From Malacoraja senta (lineage: Eukaryota), in assembly GCA_038087875.1 (NCBI GenBank), contig CM075998.1, positions 6,822,001-6,886,000 on the forward strand: DNA of 64,000 bases, given 5' to 3'. Positions within the stretch are counted from its first letter, which is position 1. Every line of letters starts with the position of its first letter. A program made the translations under genes and the position numbers. This document shows positions 63,501 to 64,000 of this stretch, piece after piece. Below the pieces are notes generated by a model. The model had not been told where the DNA came from. It searched no databases and saw only the letters and a program-made list of their open reading frames with translations.

Positions 63501-64000
63501 ACAAAGGGTTCATGAGGATGTTACAGGGGCTGGTGGCCTTGAGTTTTAACAAGATGCTGTATAGGCTGGTACTGTTTTCACTGGAGTATTGGAGGTTGAG
63601 AGGTGACCTTAAATAAAGTGGTGTGGATAAAGTGGATGGTCACAGTCTTTTACCCAGAGTAGGGGAGTTTAAAACTAGGTGTAGGTTTGAAATAAGATGG
63701 GAAAGATTTTAAAGAGGTAATGATGGGCAATTTTTTCACACAATGAATGGTGGATATATAGAAACAGGGAAAGCTGCACAGGGCAGTACAATGGCTACAT
63801 GTGAAAGACACAACTGGAAAGGAACCTCTGAGAGAGTGATCATAATATGATGGAAATCAACCTGCAGTTTGTCATGTCAGCGCTGCTAATGTATTCACAG
63901 CATCCATTCTCAGGCACGCTGTTTCCAGGTAGTATTGGCAGCAAGCAACAACTATTTGTTTGCACTCATGATGCTCATTAGACAATCATACAGAAATAAC

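Noticed and set aside
55601..64000. SMARCC2 exon 11 (GPSTPYTKSKRGHREEE..)
   Set aside because: No matching exon seen by eye; it probably lies beyond the window.

Overview
Vertebrate genomic DNA, most likely a cartilaginous fish (skate/ray-like: HE1-type V-SINEs, abundant CR1 LINEs). It is not prokaryotic. Two host genes lie head-to-tail on the + strand, and neither appears as a complete ORF in the supplied track. The first is a three-exon RPL41 (25 aa; CDS 6605-6616, 7983-8005, 10564-10606). About 0.6 kb after its poly(A) signal starts SMARCC2/BAF170, with coding exons 1-10 at 11427-55600; the gene continues past the window. The rest is dense, often nested transposable elements: CR1, Rex/Babar, Vingi-like, RTE, Penelope, two Tc1 families, a full-length Gypsy (Mag-like) LTR element inside a Tc1, and a tandem array of Helitron-like elements with long C/T tracts. 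The most notable observations are: (1) a full-length histone H4 mRNA copy joined just after its stem-loop to a CR1 3' end, apparently inserted as one chimeric retrocopy antisense in SMARCC2 intron 8; (2) an inverted, decayed copy of SMARCC2 exon 9 and its acceptor in intron 10; (3) a four-level nested TE stack whose innermost element is a CR1 with an internal inversion and a 16-bp minisatellite 5'UTR; (4) the head-to-tail Helitron-like array. There is one 200-N assembly gap. All alignments and family assignments were made by eye or from memory.
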